Shown piece by piece: positions 39,612 to 53,700 of a stretch of DNA of 64,000 bases. Both the position numbers and the translations under genes were made by a program. The stretch is from Callorhinchus milii (Eukaryota): positions 17,174,001 to 17,238,000 of the forward strand of contig NW_024704754.1 in the NCBI RefSeq assembly GCF_018977255.1, written 5' to 3'. The notes under the pieces were generated by a model. It saw nothing but the letters and a program-made list of their open reading frames with translations. It had not been told where the DNA came from and made no database searches. Within the stretch, counting starts at the first letter, position 1; every line of letters begins with the position of its first letter.

Positions 39612-42351
39612 ATCAAAGCTTCTATTTATATTTGGGTCATTTGTGAATCGCTTCCAAATTAAACCCCTGAGCCCGAAGGCAATGAAGAAAGCCACGCGAT
39701 ATCACTCAAAGAGTTAAAGATTCCAAGCAGCCCATCACCTTGTCGGAATTGTACTGCTATCAGTAACATGTGGAAAATGTTAAAGGCCAACTCTCCCGCC
39801 AGCCTTTAAGTGAGACAGGAATTAGTGGCCGCACAAGTATAAGAGAGGGTGACTGTTGAGAGAGACTTTTTAAGGATGTAAGAGTCCTGTGTTGCTATTA
39901 GTGTTAACGGAAAGAATTTAATCGTGTTCCTCTCTCTCTCTCTCTTTCTCTGAGAGACAAAAACAGTTCCACTATCACTGATGCTCAGCTCTGCGGATAA
40001 AAGCAAGCAGCTGTCTGGGGAACTCAGTGCATCTGCAATGAGCCGATCTCGGGCTCATTTTATCTGCAGACCCACACCCAGTGCCGGCTGGAATGTGGGA
40101 ACGAATCTAAGTGGCTCAGAGGGCAAAAAGCTCTGGTGAATTGACACTGATTGATATGTTGGTGTGTGACAGCTCAAAGTGGCTACAGTTTGGAGTAGGG
40201 CTAAAGGCAGCCTTTATCAAAGTTAGCCCCGAACAGCAATTATCGTTATTATCATTATTAATATTAATAATTCTGTTATTTGGAATAGCACCTTTCGCAT
40301 CAGGAGGATGCGCTTCGATGTGCTTCGCATGATGCACAGTAAGGCGTAGAGACTGAGTTGCTTTGTGGGCAAACGCAGCAGGCGATCTCGCGCACGGTGA
40401 CTTCCCCGCAAACAGCCACGATGGCAATGGAGTGAAAGTCCGTCTGACGACGGTTGGGGAGAGTTAGACAGGGCGCACGCACAAGGTCACTGCTCCCTTT
40501 AAAGCACGACCTTGTCAAAGGCATTCGAGTCACCAGCACCGTTAGCTGGGCTCCCGGCTGACACATCGCACAGAGCATCAACCTCACAGACACAAGGGAC
40601 AGTGTCGGTCATGCAACGCCGATTTAATGTTTACCCTGCGCCCTCCCAGCATTGCGACAGAGCGTCTCGGAGCGAGATGTAACGAGAAATGGAGTGGAAG
40701 TCTCATGCTCAACCCGGACACTTTGGGACATCACATTCGCACGTGACTGCCAGGACGGTAAAAGGCGAAGTGGAAGGGGGCCGCGGTCTTCTTTCATCTT
40801 GGATTCCTATGTCGAGTTGCTGAGCTCGCTCACAGGACCGAGGGGCAGACCACGCGCAGTTCATAAAAACATTTTCCTTGTCCCGAATGCTCACAGATTG
40901 CACGACTCGCTGGGGAATGGTCATGGCTACCATTTGCTGAACAATAGTCGGACTGTTCCGTAAGAATGTGGACCAACTCGAACAGAGAACGTGATTGTGA
41001 CTCCAGCCCATTCCTCAGCAATAACTTACACTTACATAATGCCTTCCATCTTGGATGAAGGTCTCAAAGCGCTCACAGAGGCAATAAGCATAATAATAAT
41101 AATAATAATAATAATGATAATAATAATGCTTGTGTTTGGTATAACCCCCTATCACAAAGCACTTTGCATGATACATTCTAAACTGTAGTGACTGTGTTTC
41201 GTAGGATCACCGAACAAGGAGGAAAGGAGCAAGGAGAGGGTCGCGGACAAAGAGATAGGTTTCAAAAAGGTCTTGAAGAGTGGAGAGCGAAGGTAGAAAG
41301 TAAGAGATTTGGGGCGGGGGGGGGGGGAGGGGTGGAAAAAGGGAGCTGTTGATTTGGTGGGGTTGGAGGAGTGAGGAATTAACATTCAGAGAGGGAAGTT
41401 TAACAGTCTGGCTCAGTTGGTAACACCGTGGCCTCTGAATTTAGAAGGTTGTGGATTCAATCCCCAAGTAAAGGGTTTGATCCCATACCGTCTTGGCTAT
41501 TGCTCCAATGCAGTGCTGGGGGTGCGCTGATATAAAATTGGTCATTCACTCACAGCTGTTTGTGGGACGTCGCTGTGCGACATTTCCCTCCAAAATCCAC
41601 AGTCACTACACTCTGCAGCACATCTTGTGAAGCGCCTAATGGCGCTCTGACGTGAAAGGCGCCACATCAAATGCAGGGATTATCCTGAAGGATCACAAAA
41701 GGTTTCTGAGAAAATATGGAGCTTGGAAATTAACAACTACTTTTACTTTCTTTCTTCTTTTCTAATCCCCGAAGGTTCTGGGCTAAAACCAGCTTTAACT
41801 GAACCGCTCGGAGCTGAGCTGATTTTACGGGAATAACAGGGATCATGAGAACAGCCAGATCTCAATGAACAAAGGAGGTTGTTAAGGACATGGAAACATT
41901 CTTAAATAGATCTGTCGTCTTGGATAGTTTCTGGAAATAGAGGCCCAGATAGTACCTCGAACCTATGCATAATGTAATCTGCTCTCGTCCTGGCGTTGGT
42001 GTTCACTCCACCAGGGGATCAACTGAAATACAACAGAGCTCTGACAAGTTAATCACTTCAACATATTGTGCATGTCTCAGTCTGTGTGCGCGTATGTGTG
42101 TGTCTTATGTGCCATTGTGTGTATAGGTATGTCTTGTGTGTCGTAGTGTGTGTGCGTGAATCTCATGTGGCCATTTGCAACAATTAGCCTATATATTTCA
42201 CAGGTGTGATTGGTGTGATCTTGATCGTAATTCACCTTGAAAGTCCAATGTAAAGTACCGATGGAGGAGGGGGGGGGTGTTGAACGTAAATCTCACTGGA
42301 GCCTGAAGGACATAATAGTAGGAACAGTCGGATTCCCTCCTGATATATATA

Positions 42352-42630
42352 ATATAATAATCCTTGCATTTGATATAGCGCCTTATCACGTCGTTCAGAC
42401 GTCTCAAAGCGCTTCACAGAATGTACAGTCGTGGATTGAGTAAATTTTTTTTAGGGATTATTACACACCAGAAAGCGATCCGTCAATTGACTAACAACCG
42501 AGTTCCTACTTACCTCTCGGTAAAGAGAGGTGAGTGAGGAAACTTGGCTAAGGTTTCGCCCTGACGGGAATTGAACCCGGGGCCTCTCGCTTGCGAGGCG
42601 AGTGCTCTAACCACTACGCTACAGGACTCC
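42352..42630 (-). mobile_element. tRNA-derived SINE
   Basis: Reverse complement GGAGTCCTGTAGCGTAGTGGTTAGAGC head plus tail. Confidence 0.8.
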
Positions 42631-43859
42631 ACAACAGGTTGTCGAGTGAACCTTTGCTCCCCTGGTCCTGGACACCTCACAGTCAGGACAGTGAGAACAT
42701 TAAATTAATCGGGAGTTTTTCTGGGATTTAACTTCAACAGTATTAAGGAGTTGGTCGTGTGCCCAATTAGAATAGCTGAGCCCAGAGAAGCAGGGATTAG
42801 AAGTCATGCTCAGCACTAAATCATAGCCCGAAATATACACACACACACACATCGCTCTGTTGGACAGTGGGAAGAAATATTAACAGAACCGTTCGTGCAG
42901 ATGTAAACTGTTGTTCTTAAACCTGCCAAGTTACAGGCCTTTGGAATGAGATGCACCATTTCTTTTGAGGGGGGAAGGAGGGGAGAGCTGTGGGGGGGTT
43001 AGGGAGTTGGGCGACAGGAATGTAGCATTACCAGACAGTGGTGAGTTTCTCACAATAAGCGCAACAAACGGGACCCAGGTTCTGTTCGAGTCCCTCGTTC
43101 TCTCTGCGCTGACAAGATCTCGGCCACTTAATAAGGTGGTCGGTTGGCAATGGGCTTTGAGATGCAAACAGGCTGACAGACTGACTGCCAGCGCGCAATG
43201 GAGTACAGTACTTCCAACGTCGTGCCGCTCGCTTTGCGCCAGGATGCCATGCCCGAAGACTGACGCTGTGCCACCAAGATCCGAAATAATAATAATAATT
43301 TGGTCGCTCGATCCACGGCTGCGCAATGGGGCTGCCGCGTTTCGCCCACAAAATGCACAGTCACCACACTCTACGACGTATTCTGCGAAGCGCTTTGAGG
43401 CGTCTCAACGAGTCACAAGGATTATTCTCATTGTGTTATTATTATTCCACGGTTGGGAGTGCCACGCGCGACATTTCATAGCTGCCGCAAAATTGGGCAT
43501 CGACTTGGAAGGTTGAGGACCACAAGGCAATCGAAACACATCTTTTTTTGCACAACAGCGATGCTGATCCTCGACCGGGGAGGAAAGACCAGGAGAGTTT
43601 AAAGAGAGTTGCCATAGCACCGCACTTGCCTGCAATGGAAGCCGGACAATACATCGGCGTCAAATCAAATACAATCTGACACGCAGCAGACGCGAAGAGA
43701 TAAAAAGTACATTTCCTGTTCGAATAACAGGAAGCGTGACCTGAAAGATAAGCAACGTTCACACACACCCCCCTCCCACTCCCCCCCCCCACCACCACCA
43801 CCGCCGCCACACATGTTTAGGAAGTAAATCTATGTCGTGTAAAGAGACTGCAGTCGTGT

Positions 43860-44200
43860 CAGCCTGGCTCAGTCGCTAGCGTGCTCAGAAGGTTGTGGGT
43901 TCAGGCCTCACCTCGGGACCTTGAGCTCACAGTCTTGGGCCGACGCAATACAGTACTGGGAGGAACGCTCCATTGTCAGAGGCGCCGTCTTTCGGGTGGG
44001 TATTTAAACCGAGGTCCCGCCTGCCTGCTCAGGTGGATGTTAAAGATCCTATCGCGCTATTCAAAAAGAGAAGGGATTTCCTCTCTCCCGGTGTCCTGGC
44101 CCACAACCCCCCCCACCCCCCCTCACCCCCCCCACCCCGACATAAATTGGTCATTTACTTACGTCACAGCTGTTTTGGGACATTGCTGTACGCAAATTGG
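43860..44200 (+). mobile_element. Deu-domain SINE, near full length
   Basis: GCCTGGCTCAGT head; GAGGCGCCGTCTTTCGG..TAAACCGAGGTCCCG..CAGGTGGATGTTAAAGATCC..CCGGTGTCCTGGCC. Confidence 0.75.
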
Positions 44201-46863
44201 TTCCTCCAGTACATCAGAAAGGTAGAAAGGTGGTAAAGGCCAGGACATTGGACTCATTTAACAAGCAGAGAGATGCAGTGATGGGGGAGGTGATGGGGGC
44301 AGGCAGGCAGGCGTGGGGTGGGCTGGAGGTGCGGTGGGGGGGGGGCAAAGGGTCTGTAGGATGGATGTTCTGGAAGGATGAGATTTCTTTAGCTGAAGGA
44401 CCTTCTTCGTCCAGACCAACTTCTGCGATCTTGTGCTCATGCAATATGTGGATTGTGAGCTCGAGGCTGACACAGGACTTGAAGTAATCCAGACGTGAGA
44501 GTGATATCCTCCTCACACACCCATCTCAGGAATTGTGTTTGAAACAATCTCAGTCACAAACTACAAAGCCACAGAAACACAATAGCAGAAGCCAGGAGCC
44601 CGCAGGTCCACTAAACTGCTTTGCCGCAGTTCTTAAAGAAAAAGGAACCAGCTTCCAGCTTAAAACTGAATTTAAAAATGAATCCACAAATCAACTTTAT
44701 CTTTTGAGCGGTCTTACCGGCTTGCCTGGGTCGACCAAATAACTAGCATTCTGTAGGACCGTACAAGCACAGCAGAAGCTCGTTCAGCCCATCATGACTG
44801 CGCTGGCTCTTTGAGAGAGCAATCCACGATCTACCTTCACACACGCTACACTACTGCAAATGACTGCTTTCTCTTTTCTCTCGGTCGCTTAGCGGTTAGA
44901 GCGACTTCTCTAACCATTGAGCAACGGTCCTGTTGCTTAGCACTTGCCCCGCATGGAGCAAGAGGAGCCAGGTTTGATTCCTGAGCACAGCTAAACCTTA
45001 GGCAACTTTCCTTACTCCATACACCTCTGTTTACCTGGCAGTAAACAGGAACCCGCTTGTTAGTCGATTGACGTATCTCTTCCAGGGGGTAATAATCCCT
45101 CCCAGAAAATTAAAATTTGGACATGCAATCCACGACTGTTTATGGGGCTGCCACGTTTCACCCACAAAAGCACACAGTCAATTCAATTTACGATATATTC
45201 TTGTGAAGCACTTTAAGGCGTCTCAACGACGGGCTAAGGCACTGTATCGAATGCAAGGATTATTATTACACCGTATCTATCTATCCACCAGTTTGCTCAT
45301 CACAGTTAATGTGGATTCTGCCTTGACCACTGCAGGGCATTGCACATCGAAACAGCCCCTCTGTGTAGAAAGAAAATCCTCCTAATTTACGCAGTGTACA
45401 AAGAGAATATTCCTCAAGCGAATCAATGCCATTTCATTCACTTAACCATATTTGGGAACTCAGGAGGAAGCAATGGACGTAAGGAGGCACAGTGTTAGTT
45501 TTCCAATAGCGCCAGCCTCACGGTGACAACTGTTTCCATTATCTCTATTTAAGTCGGGTTAAAAATAACGCCCCTCTCTTCGTGTAACTTGTCTGCGTGA
45601 AGAACGAGCTGGCATTTTGGCAGGCTGAAACATTACACCGGCTGGTCCACATGACTTCAAAAGTTAATATGTGTAACACAAACCATCACTTGTCTTGAGG
45701 GTTGATAACAACGACAAATAGAAGCCTCACGATATGCAGTATTAGCAAGGCACCCTGTTGTCAATAAGGATACACTCCTACTGACCATAATTCTCGTAAT
45801 ATTGCAGCCAGCTAAACAGCACGCAGATTGTTTCTTCAGTGTTTGCGCTGGTTAAACCCCAAACGTTATCCCAAAGGTTAGCCCTGGAGTCCCCCAAGCC
45901 TTGGCTCTTGCCAACCTGTACCCAATACTTTCCCCACATTAGCTGCGCAGGGTGCGGCTTTCCGGAGGGAAAGAGAATGCACATGTTGGACCTTCAGTTT
46001 AGCTCGGACGCTATTAAACATGACCAAGATTTTCCACGTGTGTCAGACTGTCGGCTGATGAAAAATAATAACAGTAACAAATAATACTTACAATTGGCAT
46101 AGCGCCTTTTACATCGGCAGGACATCCCAAAGCGTTTCAACACCTTGCATTTATTTAGTGTAAAGTCGATATACTCCAAAGTGGAGCAACTGTGTCTTGT
46201 GTGAAATTCAGGAAGTTTAGAAACTTTAGAAATGAAAAATGTCAAGTTTCCTTAGTGATCTCTTTTCTCTTCTATCTTTGGGCTTGAATTGTGTGTGTGT
46301 GTGTGTGTATGTGTGGGTGTGAGGGTGTATGAGTGTGTAAGGGTGTGTGTGTGTGTGTGAGCGCATGTGTGTGTATATACACATGTGCATGTGCTTGTTC
46401 CCTCTTTGCAATCTCTCTCCCCTCCGTCCCCCACCAGAGTCTGTGTGGGTAAGTTCCCCTCGGCTGACCTCCATCAGTCTCCCACTTTTACTACCCTCCA
46501 CCTTCCTTCCCTCTCACAACAAGCAAAGCCCTTCCTCCTCCGAGTAACTCATGCATTACTCACTTGAACTTTTATTCTGACTGCACTGACCTCCGCAAGA
46601 GGATGACTGTGATGTGTTTAAGAGAAGTCCAAAAAAACTACGCGCACACTTGTCCTTTTTTAGACTTCTCTCAAACAATGTGCAACAGACTCATGTTATT
46701 ATAATTTCCTTACATGGGTGAGGGGGAGAAAAGCGTTTTGATCCAGCATAAACCTGCAACAACGCACGAAATGAGCTGCTGTAATAAATGCACAACCCAC
46801 CTCACCCCCTGCCAACGGGACTGTTCTTCCAGTAAGAAACACCTCTGCTCCCCTCCGACCTCC

Positions 46864-46897
<34 letters not shown>

Positions 46898-47042
46898 CCC
46901 ATCACTCCGCTCACCAACTCCTCCACCTGCCTCTTCCCTCTACACCCGCCCACAAATATACAGTCAATTCACTTTACAGTATATTCTGTGAAGCGCTTTG
47001 GGACGTCTAGAAGGCGACAAAAGTGCTATATCAAATGCAAGG

Positions 47043-47086
<44 letters not shown>

Positions 47087-47722
47087 ACCCACCCCCACCT
47101 CACTCTCCAACATTCAAACCTAAGGCAAGTTTCCTTACTCCGCACGCCTCTGGTTACCTAACAGTAAGTTGTTAGTCGATTGGCGGATCACTTTCTTAGG
47201 GTAATAATCTCTCCCCCTCAAAAAAAATGTGGTCACTCAATCCACGACTGTTTGTGGGGACGGCGCTGTGCGCAATTGGCTGCCGCGTTTCGCCCGCAAA
47301 ATATACAGTCAATTCACTTTACAGTATATTATTATTATTACTATTATTATCACTATCAAAAGTTCCCTGGTTGGTGGGGGTGAGGGTGGGGGGGGGGGGG
47401 GGGGGAGGGAGGGAGGTGTGGATCCTGGAACAAAAAGAGTTGGACTTTGTTGTTTCTTTCAATGTTAAGAGTGGCGGTGGCGGGGGTGTGGGGGGAGTGG
47501 TAAAGCAGCTGAAGTGGGGGTGGGAGGGGAAGGTTTATAAGCCGATTATTTTCCGAAGGCCGGCAGTTTACAGGAATTACGGTAACTCAGTATTAACCGC
47601 AAGTTCAAACAGCCGAGCCCTGGGCTCAGCTCAAAAAGACACTGGCGAAGTTGCCAAAGCGTTAGAGGAGTTCTGATGTTCCCACAGGGAGTGGGGAAGA
47701 GCTCTCTCAATCAGACTGGACG

Positions 47723-50700
47723 ATGGGCTGTAGCGGGAGCAGAGTGTGTCGTTGCTACAAGAAGCAGGTAAAAGCTTTGAGTCGCCTTGTTTCCGTCAAC
47801 TTTGCGTCTGTTCTGTCTCTCGCTCTTTCTCTCTCTCTCTCTCACTCACTCGCTTGGGGGGGAAGTTAGTTCGAAGGCAAGCATGTGTGCATGTGCGTGC
47901 GCGCGTGTGTGTCTCTCTCTCTCTCGCTCGCTCTGTGGGCGGCTAAATGCATCATTGAACGCCAGCTGCGCTGACTATGATCCAAACAAGGTTCTCTTCG
48001 ACTCGTAGTTCACTCGTCTGAAACTCCTCAACCTGGGGTCGAAACCGACTCTTATTTCGTGTCGAGTTTGAAAGAGTCCGGAAAAGTTAGTGAACTCTTA
48101 AATCTGAGCCTTAATTTCGAAGCTGTTGTGTGTTGTGTTGCGTGTGTGGTGTGTGTGTGTGTGTCTCTCTCTCTCTCGCTCGCTCTCTCTCTCTGCGAAT
48201 TTCCTTCAAAGACTTTAAAGGAAACCTACCTCAGAGGTAAGATTGCAAGACAACAACTTACCAAATTCTGGATGCTCCCCGAATGCTACGGTCGATCTAA
48301 GAGCCAGGTGGAAATTCTCCTGGACGGGGAGCTTCTGAGAGGGCATGGGTTACCGTAAGGGAGTGTTTGAGATGGAAAATACGTCGCCCTGTTACTGCTA
48401 ACGACAGAGCCACCTCAACACAGGATGTGTCAAAGTAGGTTGAAACGCAAGCGTTTTTTTAATCAGTTATGATCAAGTTCCCGGCAGTCGGGTGCAGAAG
48501 ATCACCACAGCTTTGTTTGAATGCGTTCCGAATTTTCGTGTATCTGTGAAGGCTTTGAGCGTAATAATAAGAATAATATTAATAATCCTTGCATTTGACA
48601 ATATAGTGCCCTTATCAAGTGGTTGTGACGTCTCAAAGCGCTTTGTGGGATGCAGCGTAAAGCTGCAGTGACTGTGTGTTTTTGCAGGTGAACATTATAG
48701 GACGTGTGAGTAAGGGTGGCATTAGTGAGACTAGCAGAGATTCACGCTCTCACACGCTAGATTGTAAAATTAAATTAAACTAAACTGGCTATCCCATTTC
48801 CCCTACAAAATATACAGTCGCTCCAGTTTGCAGTATATCCTGTGAAGCACTTTTGAGACGTCTCGACGCCGTGATAAGGCGCTGTATCAAGTGGAAGGAT
48901 TATTATTATTATTACTAGATGATAGAGTGACAGCACGGTATGCAAGAGAGACTATCAGTCTACAAATGAGGAGAATGTAGAAATGTCTCTAAGCACTTTG
49001 CAGAGAATTGCTGTCAGGTGCAGTGTCTATATTTGTAAGCGAACACACGGGGCAATTTGCACACAATTAGGTCCCACGAAAGGTACAGGATACACCGAAG
49101 AGGTTATAGAAACTTCTGTGCACACCAGAATTTTGAGTATTGATTCCCGGATGGAGCGAATTTCCCTTAGGCAAGTTTCCTTACTCCACACACCTCTGCT
49201 TACCGAGCAGTGAATAGGAACTGAGCTGTTAGTCGATTGGCGGATCGCTTTCCAGGGGTAATAATCCCTCCCCCGCACAAAAAAATATTTGGTCACTCAA
49301 TCCACGACTGTTTGCGGAACAATTCTGTGCGTAATTGGCTGCCGTGTTTCGCCCACAAAGTACACAGTCACTACACTTTGCAATATAACCTGTGCAGCAC
49401 TTTGAGACGTCTCAGCATTGTGATAAGACGCTATATCAAATGCAAGGGTTATTATTATTATTACTTTGTAGTGAAGAGATGCATTGCGTCACTCTCGCAA
49501 TCGCAGCTGAATTATTGCAAGCACGTACTTGCAGTGAGAGAAATTTGCCTTTAAGATGCGAATTGTGTGCCCCGAATCACTGAATAAATCACTCATTTTC
49601 TATTTTTTTTAAAAAAGAAACAGAAGGGAACCACATCAAAACAACATGAAGAACCGATTCAAGAATTAGTGACATTGCAAGGAGATGGTAAGAAATTGTC
49701 ATTGAACTCTGGATTGTGTGGCACTTTGAATAACACTTATAGTTAAATGTTTAGGACCTCCCCACCCCCTCGGCTTTGATTTAATGGACTGAACTGTGTC
49801 TCCAAGTTGAACGCTACCTTTCGCTTGACGATTCGACTTGTTACCAAGTTGATAGAAAGAGATTGTTACTGATTGCAAAGATCTCCACAGGGCTCACCCA
49901 CGCTCTGAAGCCCTTCGCAGGATATAACAACAACAACAATTTGCACGTATATAGCGCCCTTCGTGCGGGGTAGCATTAACAGTGCCTGACGCCGAGCTGG
50001 GGCGAAGGAGGAGGTGACGGTCGAAGAGGAAGGTCTTCAGGCGTGATCTGAAAACAGGGGAAGGAGGGGGCAGAGCGGAGGGATTGCGGGAGAGAGTTCC
50101 AAAGCTTCCGGGCGTAATGGCTGAAAGCACGGCCACTGACGTACTGTAATTTGTAGGCAAATGCAGTCAATTTGAACACGGCAATGCCCCACAGACAGTC
50201 ACAAAGTGAATGGCCAAATCTACCCGGAGAACCCTGCAATCTAACACCGTATCAAGCTGAAACGTTTCAAACGGATTTTACGCCCACTGAGATTTAGTTT
50301 GAAGTGTACCTACTCAGTGCCAGGAATGGGATCATTTGTTCGTCTCCCACAAGCAGCAGTGAGATGAATAACCAGTTAATCTGCTTGCAGTACATTTGGA
50401 TGTGGGAGGAACATTGGCTCCAGGACACGAGAAGAACTCGCTGCACTCCTCGAAATAGAATCAAGGAACATTGCCATTTAGGGTATAATTCCTTCCTTCA
50501 CTCGTTTTCCCCTAAAAAGTGCAACTTCCCATTTGGCGACACTGAACAACATCCGCCACCTGCCCGCCCACGATAAAAATAATGGAGACGGGATATTTAA
50601 GATCCACCTGAGTTACCGGGAAAGGCATACGATACAATACAAATTACATTTGTAAAGGGTCTTTCACGTCGGAAGGATATCCCAAGGTGCTGGACAGTCG

Positions 50701-53700
50701 GGGATTTGGAGGGTGGCCGAAGGCTCGGTCGAAGAGGAGGGTTTCAAGACGCGCCTTGAAGGAGGCAAGGGAGGGAGCGAGGCGAAGGGAATGTGGGATG
50801 GAGTTCCATAAGGTGGGGGCAGATAGGGCGAAGGCCCGGCCACCGATGATGGTGAGAGCATGAGTACTACCAAGCAAGCAAGACTAGCATTCTGCCTTAC
50901 TGGAGACACCTGGAGTATACATACTTCATGCGTGATCCCTTCGAACGCTAGTTAATGATTTTTTTGTTCGCTCCCTCACTCTCCTCCAGATGTATCGGTG
51001 GGTGCTTCCAATCAGCTGGAGAAGGCGAAAGCCACATTTTTGCAGGGACATGAGAAGGAGCTGCAGATAATCAGGGAGGAGCACGACAGAGAGCTCACAC
51101 AGCTCAAGGAGAATCTGTCTGCATCCCACGCCGCAGAAAAGCAACAGCTCCAGCTCAGGCACACAGAGGAGGTTAAAGGACTGAGACAAGAATTGCAGGA
51201 AAAGGTTTGTATTATAAATAAATAGGTGTTAGACACGCGAAAACATGGGTTATAGAGAGTCTAAAATGGGAGACGTGGGTTAGTTATCGAGACTATAACT
51301 GGGAGATATAATAATAATCCTTGCATTTGATATAGCGCCTCATCACGTTGTTGCGTTGAGACTTCTCAAAGCGCTTCACAGAATATACTGCAAAGTGAAT
51401 TGAAATACGGGTTATAAAATCTATTGATTGGGAGACAATGGGATAAAAGTTTTAAATAGTCCTGCATTACGTAACCCTCGGTTTACCACTTGCCCCATCT
51501 TCCTGCTGTATGTCAAATGGCACCACTAATTTCCGTGCCCTCAACAAACCCCCAAAAGTGAAGTGCATTAACCTCTTAGAGCTAAGATGATGGAGAAAGC
51601 TTCTGAATTCCAACAGAGATCTCAACATTAATGCTTCCTAAATCGGCCCTTTTAAGAGGGTTGTGGATCTGATCACTTGACTTGACTGTTTGTGCAATCT
51701 GATGGGCTGGTGTTGTCTTTGTAGGTTGGCAGCGCAAGTGTTTGTGCAAGAGGTAAATGATTGACAACGTGTGTTTTTTTTCCCTCTGTGTTGTTGTTAC
51801 CTCCAGAAAGAATCAAATGCCAAGATAGAAGAATTGGAAACCCGTCATTCTGAATACGTTCAGGCCCTCAGGGGAGACTGTGAGACGACGTTAATAGGTA
51901 ATAAAGACTCCACTGCAAACTTGGGTAGCGTCCTCAGAATGGGGTGCAAACCAACACAGCGAACGTTGGGGTGGGGGGGTTAGAGGGGCACACTGAAGGG
52001 GGTATTTCGACTGTCTTCTGCTCTGCTCACCCACCCCTTCATGATCTCCAGTCAAACACTGGACAATGATAATGCCCGAGGGAAATTGCAGTGTTTCATA
52101 ACGCATTTGATGTGATATTTATTCTGTGCTGAAAATGTAATGCTGCTGCTACTGCCATCGAATCTGTTGCAAAACATCACGTTTCACCCCATTCCTACAA
52201 ATCCCCCCCTGGCAAATCCCAACTCAACCCCTCGTAAGTGTCTTGCACTCAACGACCACGACTCTCGCAATCGCACATACGTCAACAGTCATGGGTGGGT
52301 GTGTGTGGTGTGGGGGGTGTGGGGAGGCGAAGTGGGGGGGGGAAGTATCACACAAGCGAAACTCTCTTCTCTTTTCCTATGAGGGCCTTTAACACTCACC
52401 TGAACAGCATTTGCAGAAGATCTTATTTCTCCCCTTGCCAACAGGGTAAATTTGGACCAGTCCAGGGATCGCTTGATCCAAATGCCAAAATACAGGAACT
52501 CGATTACTCAATTATAACCGCACTCTCCACAGCGAAAAAGTCCCCTGTTGCAGCGAGCCACTTCGGGTTGGTTGGAAAACCCCCCCCACCCCCCCCCCCC
52601 ACCCCACAGCAATAGTGCTGTAGCGTAGTGGTTACAGCAATCGCGAGCGAGAGGACCCGGGTTCAATTCCCGGGCAGGGTGAAACCTTAGGCAACCTTAC
52701 TCCACACGCCTGTGTTTATCCAGCAGTAAGTGGCAAACCCAGCGGTAGTAATCCTTTGAAAAAAAGAATAATAGTTGGATCAGTCACTCCACGACTGTTT
52801 GTAGGAGACTGCTGTGGGCAATTGGCTGCTGAGTTTCATCCAAAAACCGTACAGTTAATCCACTTTACAATATTCTGCCAATCACTTTGAGACGTCTCAA
52901 TGACGTGATAAGGCGCTGTATCAAATGCAAAGATTATCATTATCAACACTGCCAATTGCTGCTCCCATATCGGAAGTCCATATTAACAAGTTCTGAGTTG
53001 CCCACTTCTCTCTGATTCTGACTTCTTCAGGCGCTAAGCAATTTAAAGGAAAGGTGTGCATTACATTGAGAGCTTGAACCAACTCTGTTTTGCTAAGGAT
53101 TTGTTGCAGTTAAAACGCCTTCCCTCTGTACTGTGTATCTCAGTCTGACCAGACCTGTCACAGCATGTTATAGCTGTATGTTTGTATGTATATATATATG
53201 TATAAAAACTCTCCCCTTCTTCGAGTCCCACCTGAAAACCTACCTCTTCGACCGTGCTTAAGAGCCACCTCCCCCTCCACCCTTTGCTTTTTTTAAAGAA
53301 AATCGACGTGAAGTTTTAGACTCTTTTTCTTGTTGTTTTTCTTAGAGTTGATAAAATCGCATAAACAGGAGAAGAAATCACTGGCTGAATCCTTGGAGAA
53401 CAGGTGCTCATCCCTTCAGGTAAGTGTCTATAGCGTCAGATACGAGTAACTCACAGAAACCGGGAAGTATGCACAGGCCGGAGTTCTTTGAAATACAGGA
53501 AAAAATTGGGATGTAAAATGCGGTATTTCTTAACAACAACAACAAAATTGCCTTTGAATAGTGCCTTTCACATCAGGAGGACGTCCCAAGGCACTGGGCG
53601 CTAACAAGATCCCTTAATAAGAAGTCCCGCTAACCGAGGGTAACTTCCGTCTCCCAAACTTTGGTCATGTTAGCAGCTGGGCGATGTGTTATCTATCAGG

